This document shows, one piece after another, positions 30,631 to 40,073 of a stretch of 64,000 nt of DNA. The stretch is from a bacterium. GTDB taxonomy: Bacteria > JACRDZ01 > JAQUKH01. A program made the translations under genes and the position numbers. The notes under the pieces were generated by a model. The model worked only from the letters and a program-made list of their open reading frames with translations. It was not told where the DNA came from and searched no databases. The number at the start of each line of letters is the position of its first letter. Position 1 is the first letter of the stretch. The stretch spans positions 38,332 through 102,331 of the forward strand of contig JAQUKH010000004.1 of NCBI GenBank assembly GCA_028719205.1. Direction: 5' to 3'.

Positions 30631-30918
30631 TTAGAATATTGGGGGATCGCGAAGATGTTGATTTTCTCTGTAAAAAGATTTTATTAATACCCGGCTGGAT
30701 ACTAACAGCAGAAAGACAACAAAGACTGCGGTAAAAATTGGACTGATATTTGGAAGGAATGATTGGCTTAATGCCGCACATATTCCACAATCATGATTAT
30801 GAAGTTTTTCATCCGAATGGTGGTGAAATGAGACGGCAAAGACAAGAAACAGAACAAGATAAATACTCAGAATCAAATTTATTAATTCAGGAACTATAAT
30901 AATTCGTGATTGTTTCAT
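30631..30918 (-). CDS. Small two-helix membrane protein with a His/Cys-rich loop (HHHSDEKLHNHDCGIC).
   Basis: Two hydrophobic segments flank a His/Cys cluster. Lies between the Zn-importer locus and the CDF transporter. Confidence 0.35.
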   Translation of the reverse strand: MKQSRIIIVPELINLILSIYLVLFLVFAVSFHHHSDEKLHNHDCGICAALSQSFLPNISPIFTAVFVVFLLLVSSRVLIKSFYRENQHLRDPPIF

Positions 30919-30951
30919 CGGGGGAGAGTGTACTGAAAATTTTGGGATATG

Positions 30952-31593
30952 TCAAGTTTTTGATAAGTCGTGACAATCACAACACACTTTCCCTTTCGCT
31001 TTATCCATGGATTCTTTGCCCTCTTTAAAAGAATAATAAGCGATTCCCAGCGCGCCGATAGCATCAATGTACCCGATCCTGAATAATTCGTACAAAATGC
31101 TCGACGCGAGCAGGATAATTGATAAATAAATGCACATTCTGGTACAATTCGCATCGGCTATAATGGCATCCGAGTTTATTTTTTTTCCGGCAAATAATTT
31201 AGCGCGCATCATGAATATCATTATCACTATTGATATTAATGATATTATTATTCCCCAAAAAGTAGTTTGTGGTTTATTGCCCGCGTAAATATTATACGAG
31301 GCGGATAATATTAAACCTGCGGCCAAAATATAAAACGATATTCCTGTTACTTTTAAGGCCGTTTTTTCAAAATTGTCCCTGTTTTGGCTGTCATTATTTT
31401 TTACCCGTACGATCATATGCCACACGCCGATACCGGACATCACCTCGACAAAGGAATCAACACCAAAACCAAACAGCGTTAATGTTTCATCGGCGATGCC
31501 AAAATATATTGATATCAGGCCTTCCAATATATTATAGAAAACAGTAATAACGGCCAACAGCAAAGCAATATTCCATAACTTTTTATTGTCCAA
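30952..31593 (-). CDS. Cation diffusion facilitator (CDF) family transporter, membrane domain only (213 aa).
   Basis: Six-helix pattern with conserved acidic/His positions (ILEGLISIYFGIADE...GFGVDSFVE). C-terminal CCDCHD. Confidence 0.5.
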   Translation of the reverse strand: MDNKKLWNIALLLAVITVFYNILEGLISIYFGIADETLTLFGFGVDSFVEVMSGIGVWHMIVRVKNNDSQNRDNFEKTALKVTGISFYILAAGLILSASYNIYAGNKPQTTFWGIIISLISIVIMIFMMRAKLFAGKKINSDAIIADANCTRMCIYLSIILLASSILYELFRIGYIDAIGALGIAYYSFKEGKESMDKAKGKVCCDCHDLSKT

Positions 31594-31688
31594 TTAAATT
31601 CCTTTTTGCGCAATTTACTGATGATGTAATACTATCAGGTAGCAAATATATATTCAAGGATTTTTTGTTTTAGGAGTATAATAAAAAA

Positions 31689-32405
31689 ATGTTAATCGCG
31701 ATATTCGGAGATATCCACGGGAATATAGAGGCGTTAAAAACAGCCTACGATGCGGTAATCCCCCTTAAAGCTGATAAGATTTATCATCTTGGTGATCTGG
31801 GAGGTTACGCGCCATTCGTAAACGAGGTAGTTGATTTTCTTATTGAGCATAAAATCGAAGGCGTGCAGGGAAATTATGACTTCAATGTCGCTAATGACAG
31901 TGAACATTGCGGATGCAAATACGAAGACCCTCTCCAGGCTGAATATGCCCAGAAATCGTTTGAGTGGACAAAACTACATACCTCCGAAAAAAGTAAAGAA
32001 TACATGAGAAAACTGCCAGCTGAGATTTCATTCGCCACCAACGGCAAAAAAGTTCAATTATTTCACGCTACCCCCCATAAAAATAATCTTTACTGGTATG
32101 AAGAAAGGCCGGATAAATTTTTTCTTGAGATGGCTGAAAAAACAGACGCTGATTTGATGATATACGGCCACACCCACAAGCCTTATAGAAAGGATATACA
32201 AGGAAAGATTTTCATAAACGCGGGAAGCGTAGGTAAACCTAAAGACGGAGACCCAAGGACTTGTGTTGCAATAATTAATATCATGGACAAAGAAATTAAA
32301 ACTGAATTTTTAAGGCTGACTTATGATATTGAGAAAGTCGTTCAAGCCATACGTGAAAGTGAATTGCCCGCCTATTTTGCCGATAAACTCAAGGAAGCCC
32401 GATAG
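31689..32405 (+). CDS. Metallophosphoesterase of the YfcE/MJ0936 family (238 aa).
   Basis: IAIFGDIHGN, GDLGGY, GNYD, GHTH motifs. Confidence 0.75.
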   Translation: MLIAIFGDIHGNIEALKTAYDAVIPLKADKIYHLGDLGGYAPFVNEVVDFLIEHKIEGVQGNYDFNVANDSEHCGCKYEDPLQAEYAQKSFEWTKLHTSEKSKEYMRKLPAEISFATNGKKVQLFHATPHKNNLYWYEERPDKFFLEMAEKTDADLMIYGHTHKPYRKDIQGKIFINAGSVGKPKDGDPRTCVAIINIMDKEIKTEFLRLTYDIEKVVQAIRESELPAYFADKLKEAR

Positions 32406-32415
32406 TATTTATTGT

Positions 32416-33456
32416 TCATTCATTAAACCAGTGTTTGGTTTTATTCGAAAATTTAACAAGGCTCAGCATTATCGGAACCTCGGTTAAAACCCCAACAACT
32501 GTGGCAAGCGCGGCCCCGCTTTTAAGGCCGAAAAGGGAAATAGCCACAGCCACTGAAAGTTCAAAAAAATTGCTCGCGCCGATCATCGCGGCCGGAGAAG
32601 CGATCGCATGGCTTAATTTCCATTTTTTTGACCAGAAATATCCGATCGCAAAAATGAAATAAGTTTGAATTGATAAAGGAACGGCAATCAATAAAATATG
32701 TAATGGATTTTCGATAATGATGTTTCCCTGAAACGCGAAAAGGATAACCAGCGTCAATAAAAGCCCCAGAATTGTAACAGGCTTTAATATTTTTAAAAAT
32801 ACATTTTCAAACCAATCCTGCCCTTTAGATTTAAGCAGTAATACTCTTGAAATATATCCTCCGGTAAGCGGGACAACCACAAAAAGTAAAGTGGAATAAA
32901 TCAGGGTATCGTAGGGCACAATTATGTCATTTACACCCAGTAAAAATTTAACGATCGGAACAAAAGCAACTAATATTACTAAATCATTAACAGCAACCTG
33001 AACAAGAGTGTACGCGGGGTCACCATCTGTAAGATAACTCCAGACAAAAACCATGGCTGTACAAGGCGCGGCGCCGAGTAATATTGCTCCTGCCATATAT
33101 TCTTTAGCTAATGAAGGGTCAATAAAGGCTGAAAATAAATATTTTAAGAATATTGCCGCGAATACAGCCATTGAAAACGGCTTAATCAGCCAATTGACAA
33201 CCAGTGTTACGATTAAACCTTTCGGTTTTTTCCCTGCCTCGACAATACTTGAAAAATCAATCTGAACCATCATCGGATAAATCATCAGCCAGATTAGAAT
33301 CGCAACAGGAATATTCACCTGTGCCACTTCAAATTTACCCAGGAAATTGACACCCTCAGGAAATGTTTTCCCCAAAAGCACACCGACTATAATACATAAA
33401 ACCACCCAAGCCGAAAGATACCTCTCAAAAAATGGAAGTTTTACATCTTCAGACAT
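32416..33456 (-). CDS. acr3: Arsenite efflux transporter of the ACR3 family (346 aa).
   Basis: Ten-helix BASS-like topology. LIWLMIYPMMVQIDF and the conserved Cys region LGAAPCTAMVFVW are typical of ACR3. Confidence 0.6.
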   Translation of the reverse strand: MSEDVKLPFFERYLSAWVVLCIIVGVLLGKTFPEGVNFLGKFEVAQVNIPVAILIWLMIYPMMVQIDFSSIVEAGKKPKGLIVTLVVNWLIKPFSMAVFAAIFLKYLFSAFIDPSLAKEYMAGAILLGAAPCTAMVFVWSYLTDGDPAYTLVQVAVNDLVILVAFVPIVKFLLGVNDIIVPYDTLIYSTLLFVVVPLTGGYISRVLLLKSKGQDWFENVFLKILKPVTILGLLLTLVILFAFQGNIIIENPLHILLIAVPLSIQTYFIFAIGYFWSKKWKLSHAIASPAAMIGASNFFELSVAVAISLFGLKSGAALATVVGVLTEVPIMLSLVKFSNKTKHWFNE

Positions 33457-35360
33457 TAGAATCTCCCTTCTGGGTCTAATTTAACCCACAGTAATAATGT
33501 AGAACTTAACACAACTGAAATACATCCTGCTTCCTGAAAAGCCACGGCAAGAATTGGTGTCATCATTCCAAAAAAACTTAATGTCAAACCTATCACATTG
33601 TATATGATTGAAAAGAAAATATTCAGTTTGATCCGGCGGAGAACTATTTTTGACATGCGCATAAAATCTAAAACACCTGTAAGATCATCATTCATTAATA
33701 TCACATCCGCCGTTTCAATAGCCGTATCCGTCCCGGCCGCTCCCATGGCAATTCCAACATCCGCCATGGCCAAAGCCGGAGCGTCGTTTATCCCGTCGCC
33801 GATCATCCCGACAATATATCCCTCACCTTGCAGTTTTTTCACAAATTCCTGTTTCTGTTCAGGAAGAAGCCCCGCCTGGAAATCGTCAAGCCTGATTTTC
33901 TTCGCTACCGATTCGGCTACCTTATGATTATCACCGGTCAGCATAACGATTTTTTTAATATTATCCATTTTCTTTAATGATTCGATTATATGTAAAGTCT
34001 CCGGACGTATTTCATCGGCGATCGCTATCAAACCGGTTATTTTCCTGCCGCTTGTTACAAGCACAGATGTTTTCCCCTGTTCCGTCTGATCTATAACCGC
34101 CTGCTTAATTTCTTCGTTAATAGAAATACCCTTTCCAAATAAAAAATCTTCTTTCCCAACCAGTATCTCTTTGCCGGACCATTCGGCGGTTACACCCATT
34201 CCTATCTCTATTTTAAACTCATCCGGATCCGGTATATCAATTTTACGCTCTCTTGCAAAAGCAATAATTGACTTTGCTAGAGGGTGTTCAGAATACTTTT
34301 CCGCTATCGAGGCTATGCGCAAAACATCATTTTCAGATAAACCGTCAAACGCGATTACGTTCATCACTTTTGGTTCACCCAGGGTAAAGGTTCCTGTTTT
34401 ATCGATAAGAAGCGCTGTAATTTTCCCTGCCTGCTCGAAAAATTTCCCTCCTTTGACCAGCACCGCGCGGCGCGCCAGGTTAGAAATACCGGCGGTAACC
34501 GCCGTGGGAGTAGCTATAGCAAAAGCACAGGGACAGGCAACCAGAAGAATCGATACAGCTACTTTAATGTTACCCGATACAAAAAAACCTGAAACAGCCA
34601 ATACGAGAACAACAGGTAAAAACCACGCGGTAAAACGGTCAGCAATATTCTGGATCGGCGCTTTTCTCTCCTGCGCTTTCTCCACAAGATGAACGATCCT
34701 TGCCAATGTTGTATCTTCACCTACCCTGGCAGTCTCTACCTCAAGCCTGCCTGTTTCATTAAATGTTCCGGAAAAAACCGAATTTCCTTTGACCTTTTCA
34801 ACAGGCATTGATTCACCCGTGATTGGAGCCTGGTTAACACAACTCGCTCCGGCGATAACAACCCCATCCACAGGAATATGTTCCCCCGGCCTTATAATTA
34901 TCACATCACCGGTTTTAAGATCACTTACATTAACACTAATTTCTTTTTCTCCACTTTTTACTGTCGCGGTTTTTGGCGAAAGGTCAAGAAGATCTCTAAT
35001 ACTTTTCCGGCTCTTGTCCAGAGTATAATATTCCAACGCCCCTGTCACAGCCATGATAAATACAATTATAGCCGCCGGCCTGAATTCACCGGCTGAAACA
35101 GTAGCAATAAGCGCAGTTACAATAAACACATTAACCGTTATTTTGCGGTGATAAATATCTTTGAAACCGGCAATAAACCGCTGAAATCCGCCAAATACCA
35201 CAGCAATAAAAGCTAATCCGGTATTTAGATAATATGGGCCGATTTTCCAATATGACAAAACCCAGCTCATTAGAATAAGAATACCGACAATACCGGGAAC
35301 AATAGCCAATATAGATATTTCCCGGAATTGTTCAAATTTTCGCGTTTGTTTATCGGTCAT
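33456..35360 (-). CDS. Heavy-metal-translocating P1B-type ATPase (634 aa) with a CPC motif and no N-terminal HMA domain.
   Basis: DKTGTFTLG phosphorylation site, CPCAFAIATP in TM6, GDGINDAPALAMADVGIAMG hinge. The protein starts directly with membrane helices. Confidence 0.85.
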   Translation of the reverse strand: MTDKQTRKFEQFREISILAIVPGIVGILILMSWVLSYWKIGPYYLNTGLAFIAVVFGGFQRFIAGFKDIYHRKITVNVFIVTALIATVSAGEFRPAAIIVFIMAVTGALEYYTLDKSRKSIRDLLDLSPKTATVKSGEKEISVNVSDLKTGDVIIIRPGEHIPVDGVVIAGASCVNQAPITGESMPVEKVKGNSVFSGTFNETGRLEVETARVGEDTTLARIVHLVEKAQERKAPIQNIADRFTAWFLPVVLVLAVSGFFVSGNIKVAVSILLVACPCAFAIATPTAVTAGISNLARRAVLVKGGKFFEQAGKITALLIDKTGTFTLGEPKVMNVIAFDGLSENDVLRIASIAEKYSEHPLAKSIIAFARERKIDIPDPDEFKIEIGMGVTAEWSGKEILVGKEDFLFGKGISINEEIKQAVIDQTEQGKTSVLVTSGRKITGLIAIADEIRPETLHIIESLKKMDNIKKIVMLTGDNHKVAESVAKKIRLDDFQAGLLPEQKQEFVKKLQGEGYIVGMIGDGINDAPALAMADVGIAMGAAGTDTAIETADVILMNDDLTGVLDFMRMSKIVLRRIKLNIFFSIIYNVIGLTLSFFGMMTPILAVAFQEAGCISVVLSSTLLLWVKLDPEGRF

Positions 35361-35368
35361 AAGTATTA

Positions 35369-35536
35369 CTATTTTTTACCTTTTTTATTTTCTTCCTTAG
35401 TTCCTTTGCCAGAGTCTTTTTCGGAACAGCCGCAGGTTTCTCCTGTCCCGCAACACCCTCCGGATTTAGTCATAGATTCCCAGATTGCCGCTATCGGGCC
35501 TTTATTTTTTTTCTTATCTTTTTTTTCTTCAGACAT
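35369..35536 (-). CDS. Unannotated 55-aa Lys/Cys-rich protein (MSEEKKDKKKNKGPIAAIWESMTKSGGCCGTGETCGCSEKDSGKGTKEENKKGKK), a candidate metallochaperone or metallothionein-like partner of the ATPase.
   Basis: Below the 60-aa cutoff of the ORF track. A GGAGGTG RBS lies 7 nt upstream of the ATG. Its stop is 8 nt from the ATPase start. GGCCGTGETCGC Cys cluster. Confidence 0.45.
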   Translation of the reverse strand: MSEEKKDKKKNKGPIAAIWESMTKSGGCCGTGETCGCSEKDSGKGTKEENKKGKK

Positions 35537-35541
35537 TTTTT

Positions 35542-35901
35542 TCACCTCCCTATTTTTTCAGTTTTACATAATTCTTCCGAATCTATTTTTAAAATTTCTT
35601 TAAGGCGTTTTCTGTCTTCAATAATTTTTGAATCTTTGCTGAGAGAATTTATTACCCAGCCAATTGCCTTACTTGAAGTTTTATCTTTTGCTAAACAATA
35701 ATGTACCCAGCGGCCTTCTTTGCGGCTCTCTATAATACGGGCATGATTCAAAATTGAAAGGTGCTTGGATACGGTTGAAGGAGCTAAATTCAAAAGCCTG
35801 GTTATCTGACAGACACAAAGCTCTTTCTTATTTAACGCCAGAATGACCCGGATCCGGTTTTTATCAGATAAAGCTTTCGTTAAAAAAATAAATTCCCGCA
35901 T
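35542..35901 (-). CDS. arsR: ArsR/SmtB family metalloregulator.
   Basis: wHTH with the metal-site motif ELCVCQITRLLNLAPSTVSKHLSILNHARII. Confidence 0.85.
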   Translation of the reverse strand: MREFIFLTKALSDKNRIRVILALNKKELCVCQITRLLNLAPSTVSKHLSILNHARIIESRKEGRWVHYCLAKDKTSSKAIGWVINSLSKDSKIIEDRKRLKEILKIDSEELCKTEKIGR

Positions 35902-36000
35902 TTTTTATCTCCTATATTTCGCCATATAACGAACTGTTAATATCATATTACTATTGATTTCTTTTGTCAAGATTAATTTACCTCAATATTTTTAAAATGG

Positions 36001-37167
36001 TCAGGCTAACGGAATCGTAAAACTAAAAGTAGAACCTTGTCCTAAATCGGATCTTACAAATACTTCTCCTCCGTGCGCCTGAACGATGTGTTTGACAATA
36101 GATAATCCGAGGCCGGTACCGCCCATTTCACGCGAGCGGGCTTTATCAACGCGGTAGAACCTTTCAAATAAACGAGGAAGGTCTTCTTCGGGAATTCCTA
36201 TTCCGGTATCAGTGATATTAATTTGCAGAAAATTTTTATTTACAAAACCGGTAATAATAACTGAACCTCCTTCAGGTGTATATTTTACCGCGTTATCCAG
36301 AAGATTTATTAATACCTGCGATAACCTTGTTTCGTCAGCGAGAATTTTAGGAATGTTACCGGGTATATTTATTTCTATGGATATTGATCTTGCTTTTGCC
36401 TGGTTTTCTATTATCGCGGTACTGCGTTTAATAAGAGATCCGGGTTCTACCGGCGCGAAAACCATTTTCATCCTGCCCGATTCGATACGGGACAGGTCTA
36501 AAAGGTCATCTATAAGTTTTGCCAGGCGGTCGCTGTCTTCATGAATAATACGCAGAAAATCCTTCGCGTTATTTTTATCCTCGATCGCGCCATCCAGAAG
36601 TGTTTCCGTGTATCCTTTGATACTCGCGATGGGGGTCCGCAATTCATGGGAGACATTGGCGACAAAATCCTGCCGCAGATCTTCCAGACGCCTTAATTCC
36701 GTAATATCATGAAAAACCAGAACCGCGCCCTCAAGAATATTATTGATGATAATAGGCTCGCCATTGATCTCAAGCACCTTTTTTTCGGGATAGGTAAGCG
36801 TTATTTCTTTTGAGATCATGAACTTCCCGCTTAATGTATTATCTATAATGTCATGTACCAGGCTATTCCGGATCACCTCCAGGGGCCTTTTCCCCTCGGG
36901 CGGAGAATCCACAACAAATTTTTTTTTAAGCGACGGATTCATAAGAATGATCTCTCTTTTTTTATCAACAACAAGCACACCTTCGAACATACTGGAAAGA
37001 ACTGTTTCCAGTTTTGCCTGCCCGAGATCTTCTGTCCTTATTTTTTCTTTTACATCCGCTTTATATTTTCTAAGAGAAATATTCAGGTCTTTTATTAATT
37101 GATCTCTGCGGTATAAACGGAACACTGAAATTATAATTATAATTAAAAGGATTATATTTATTGCCAT
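36001..37167 (-). CDS. Sensor histidine kinase with PAS, HisKA and HATPase domains (PhoR-like).
   Basis: Single N-terminal TM helix, PAS-like segment, H-box HELRTPIASIKGYTETL, N and G boxes (NLLDNAVKYT, GTGLGLSIV). Overlaps the response-regulator gene. Confidence 0.8.
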   Translation of the reverse strand: MAINIILLIIIIISVFRLYRRDQLIKDLNISLRKYKADVKEKIRTEDLGQAKLETVLSSMFEGVLVVDKKREIILMNPSLKKKFVVDSPPEGKRPLEVIRNSLVHDIIDNTLSGKFMISKEITLTYPEKKVLEINGEPIIINNILEGAVLVFHDITELRRLEDLRQDFVANVSHELRTPIASIKGYTETLLDGAIEDKNNAKDFLRIIHEDSDRLAKLIDDLLDLSRIESGRMKMVFAPVEPGSLIKRSTAIIENQAKARSISIEINIPGNIPKILADETRLSQVLINLLDNAVKYTPEGGSVIITGFVNKNFLQINITDTGIGIPEEDLPRLFERFYRVDKARSREMGGTGLGLSIVKHIVQAHGGEVFVRSDLGQGSTFSFTIPLA

Positions 37168-37169
37168 AT

Positions 37170-37865
37170 TTATATTTTATCTTTAAATTTGTATCCTAAA
37201 CCGCGTATTGTTTCAATGGAATCGCCTGTCTGTCCCAGTTTTTTTCTCAGGGATTTAATATGGGTATCGATCGTACGCGTGTAAACGTCGGCATCCATGC
37301 TCCACACTTCATTTAAAAGATTTTCCCTTGAATATACATGCCCCTGTTTTTTAAGGAGCGTGGCCAGCAATTTAAATTCAAGCGGCGTAAGTTCTATCTC
37401 TTTATTATTAGCCGTAACCTTATGCTTGGAAAGATCCATAACAATATTATTCATTCTAATAATATTTCCCGGTTCCTCCTGTTTATTCCTTTTTAATACA
37501 GCCTTGATCCGCAGGATCAATTCACGCGGGCTGAAGGGTTTTACCACATAATCATCCGCGCCCAATTCCAGGCCTACGATCTTATCCACCTCTTCGCCTC
37601 TTGCCGTGAGCATAATAACAGGAATATATTTCAAACTGTTGTCTTGTTTTATCAAACGGCATGCCGCGAATCCATCCATCCCGGGAAGCATAATGTCAAG
37701 CAGGATCAGATCCACGGATTGTTTTTTTAAAATATCCAAGGCCTCTTCCGCGCTTTTGGCTACGACACTTTTAAAATCAGCCTTATCCAAATTATATTGA
37801 ATAAGTTTTTGAAGATTTTTATCATCCTCAATTACTAAAATTTTTTTATTAGACATATTGCACAT
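37170..37865 (-). CDS. OmpR/PhoB-family response regulator.
   Basis: Receiver domain KILVIEDDKNL...LLDIMLPGMDGF, plus a winged-helix output domain (LTPLEFKLL...RTIDTHIKSLRKKLG). Confidence 0.85.
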   Translation of the reverse strand: MCNMSNKKILVIEDDKNLQKLIQYNLDKADFKSVVAKSAEEALDILKKQSVDLILLDIMLPGMDGFAACRLIKQDNSLKYIPVIMLTARGEEVDKIVGLELGADDYVVKPFSPRELILRIKAVLKRNKQEEPGNIIRMNNIVMDLSKHKVTANNKEIELTPLEFKLLATLLKKQGHVYSRENLLNEVWSMDADVYTRTIDTHIKSLRKKLGQTGDSIETIRGLGYKFKDKI

Positions 37866-37890
37866 TATAACCTAATTAAGGCGCTTTGGA

Positions 37891-37930
37891 GCAAAAAAAA
37901 ATACCCCCACACTCACTGGAATATGGGGGC
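37891..37930 (-). terminator. Rho-independent terminator for the pyrophosphatase gene.
   Basis: Minus-strand hairpin GCCCCCA-tattccagtgagtg-TGGGGG followed by a U9 run. Confidence 0.6.
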
Positions 37931-37971
37931 ATAATCTTTATTTATAAAAAAATATTTGTCTCTCAATATTG

Positions 37972-39948
37972 TTATTTTACAAACAATGGCGCGAAAACAA
38001 GAGAAACGACAGACATCAATTTGATCAGGATATTCATCGCCGGACCGGTTGTGTCTTTGAACGGATCACCGACTGTATCGCCGGTAACCGCGGCTTTATG
38101 AGTAGGAGAACCTTTTCCTCCCAGATTTCCCGCTTCGATCCATTTCTTCGCGTTATCCCATACACCGCCTGTATTTGACATCATTATTCCGAATAAAACA
38201 CCAACCGTTGTAGCACCTACAAGAAAACCGGCTAACATCTGTTTACCGAAAAGGAATCCGATAGCTAACGGCAAAATAATAGCTGCGGCTCCAGGAATAA
38301 TCATTTCCTTTAAAGCGCATTTTGTCGCTATATCAATACATCTTTCAGTATCCGGTTTTGCCTTGCCTTCCATTAACCCTTTAATCTCTTTAAATTGGCG
38401 TCTAACCTCTACAACCAAGCCATTTGCCGCACGGCCTACCGCCTTCATTGTGATCGCCGCGATAAAAAACGGAACTACGCCGCCGATAAAAATTCCAAGC
38501 AGAACATTAGCATTCGTCAGATCAATCACATCTAATTTTGCCTGCTGTTTATAGGCTACAAATAAAGCTAATGATGTTAATGCCGCGGACCCGATCGCGA
38601 AACCTTTACCTATCGCCGCGGTTGTATTACCCAACGAATCTAATGTATCTGTTATTTTCCTTGTCTCTGGACCCGCTCCCGACATTTCGGCAATACCTCC
38701 TGAATTATCCGAAATAGGCCCATATGAATCCGTTGACATCACGATCCCGATCGTGGCAAGCATTCCAACCGCCGAGATCGCGATACCATAAAGCCCGGCA
38801 AAATGATTAGCTATAAAAATCGCCAGACAAATCGTTACCATTGGAAGGATCGTGCTTTCAAATCCAACAGCCAATCCGGTTATAATATTTGTAGCCGCGC
38901 CTGAACTGCTGCTGTTAGCTACTTCCTGAACAGGGCTGCCTGAAGTATAATATTCACTTTCTTTCCCGATAAGAACCCCCGCGCCTAAACCTGCCGCGAT
39001 CGCCCAGAAAACTTCTAAACCTCTTGTACTACCAAGAATATTTATAGAAGCAAAATAAGCGCCGATTATAAAAAGAACACCGCTGATATAAGTGGCAATA
39101 TTTAAAGCGGTCTGAGGATTATGATCCTTAAGATAACCCATGCATGAAATTCCGACTATTGAAGCAACCATACCGATCATTATCAAGATCAAAGGAAGCC
39201 CCATCGCCCCTGAGATATTTGTTTCTATCAAAGCAAGCACCATAGTTGAAACAACCGCGCCAACATATGATTCAAACAGATCCGCACCCATTCCCGCGGT
39301 ATCACCGACATTGTCACCTACGTTATCCGCGATAACCGCCGGGTTACGGGGATCATCTTCAGGAATTCCAGCCTCAACCTTACCAACGAGATCAGCCCCG
39401 ACATCCGCGCCTTTGGTAAAGATCCCGCCGCCGACACGCGCGAAAAGAGCCAATGAACTCGCGCCCATCGCGAAACCGTTAATAATATTTACATCTTTCG
39501 TAAAATAATAAAAAATCCCGATTCCTAGAACCCCTAATGCCGCGACCGATATTCCCATTACAGATCCGCCTCGAAACGCCATCAATAACGCGGCCCCGAT
39601 ATTTTTCGATTTTGCGGCCTGAGTTGTACGGACATTTGCTTTCGTAGCAGCGTGCATACCAAAAACTCCCGCAAGCATTGAACAAAACGCGCCGCTCACA
39701 TAAGCCACCCCTGTCCAGATACCGATGAAATATGACAAAACAGCAAAAATAATCGCGACAAAAACAAAGACTATAGAATATTCTCTTTTAAGAAATACCA
39801 TAGCGCCTAAATGGATCTGTTCGGCAATCTCCTGCATCTTCTCATTGCCCGGATCCTGCTTCGCGATCCAAAAATAGGTTAGCACGGCTACTCCCATTCC
39901 TAACAACCCTAAAATAGGAGCAAAACTTGTCCACGTAATCATTTCCAT
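37972..39948 (-). CDS. hppA: Membrane-bound H+-translocating pyrophosphatase.
   Basis: [29 protein letters not shown] and the other canonical V-PPase motifs. 15-16 TM helices. Confidence 0.9.
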   Translation of the reverse strand: MEMITWTSFAPILGLLGMGVAVLTYFWIAKQDPGNEKMQEIAEQIHLGAMVFLKREYSIVFVFVAIIFAVLSYFIGIWTGVAYVSGAFCSMLAGVFGMHAATKANVRTTQAAKSKNIGAALLMAFRGGSVMGISVAALGVLGIGIFYYFTKDVNIINGFAMGASSLALFARVGGGIFTKGADVGADLVGKVEAGIPEDDPRNPAVIADNVGDNVGDTAGMGADLFESYVGAVVSTMVLALIETNISGAMGLPLILIMIGMVASIVGISCMGYLKDHNPQTALNIATYISGVLFIIGAYFASINILGSTRGLEVFWAIAAGLGAGVLIGKESEYYTSGSPVQEVANSSSSGAATNIITGLAVGFESTILPMVTICLAIFIANHFAGLYGIAISAVGMLATIGIVMSTDSYGPISDNSGGIAEMSGAGPETRKITDTLDSLGNTTAAIGKGFAIGSAALTSLALFVAYKQQAKLDVIDLTNANVLLGIFIGGVVPFFIAAITMKAVGRAANGLVVEVRRQFKEIKGLMEGKAKPDTERCIDIATKCALKEMIIPGAAAIILPLAIGFLFGKQMLAGFLVGATTVGVLFGIMMSNTGGVWDNAKKWIEAGNLGGKGSPTHKAAVTGDTVGDPFKDTTGPAMNILIKLMSVVSLVFAPLFVK

Positions 39949-40073
39949 TTGTTTTTTTCCCCCTTTTTTATATTAAAAAATAAAAAATTTTATATAAGTA
40001 TATCATAGCTTTTCCCCTTGTCAAATACATAAAAATGAAAACAATTTCAAGAAAAGTGGTATAATATTTTACC

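Noticed and set aside
30915-31154. 79-aa ORF overlapping the CDF transporter gene in another frame.
   Set aside because: It is entirely nested within the better-supported CDF gene, and no independent signal supports it.
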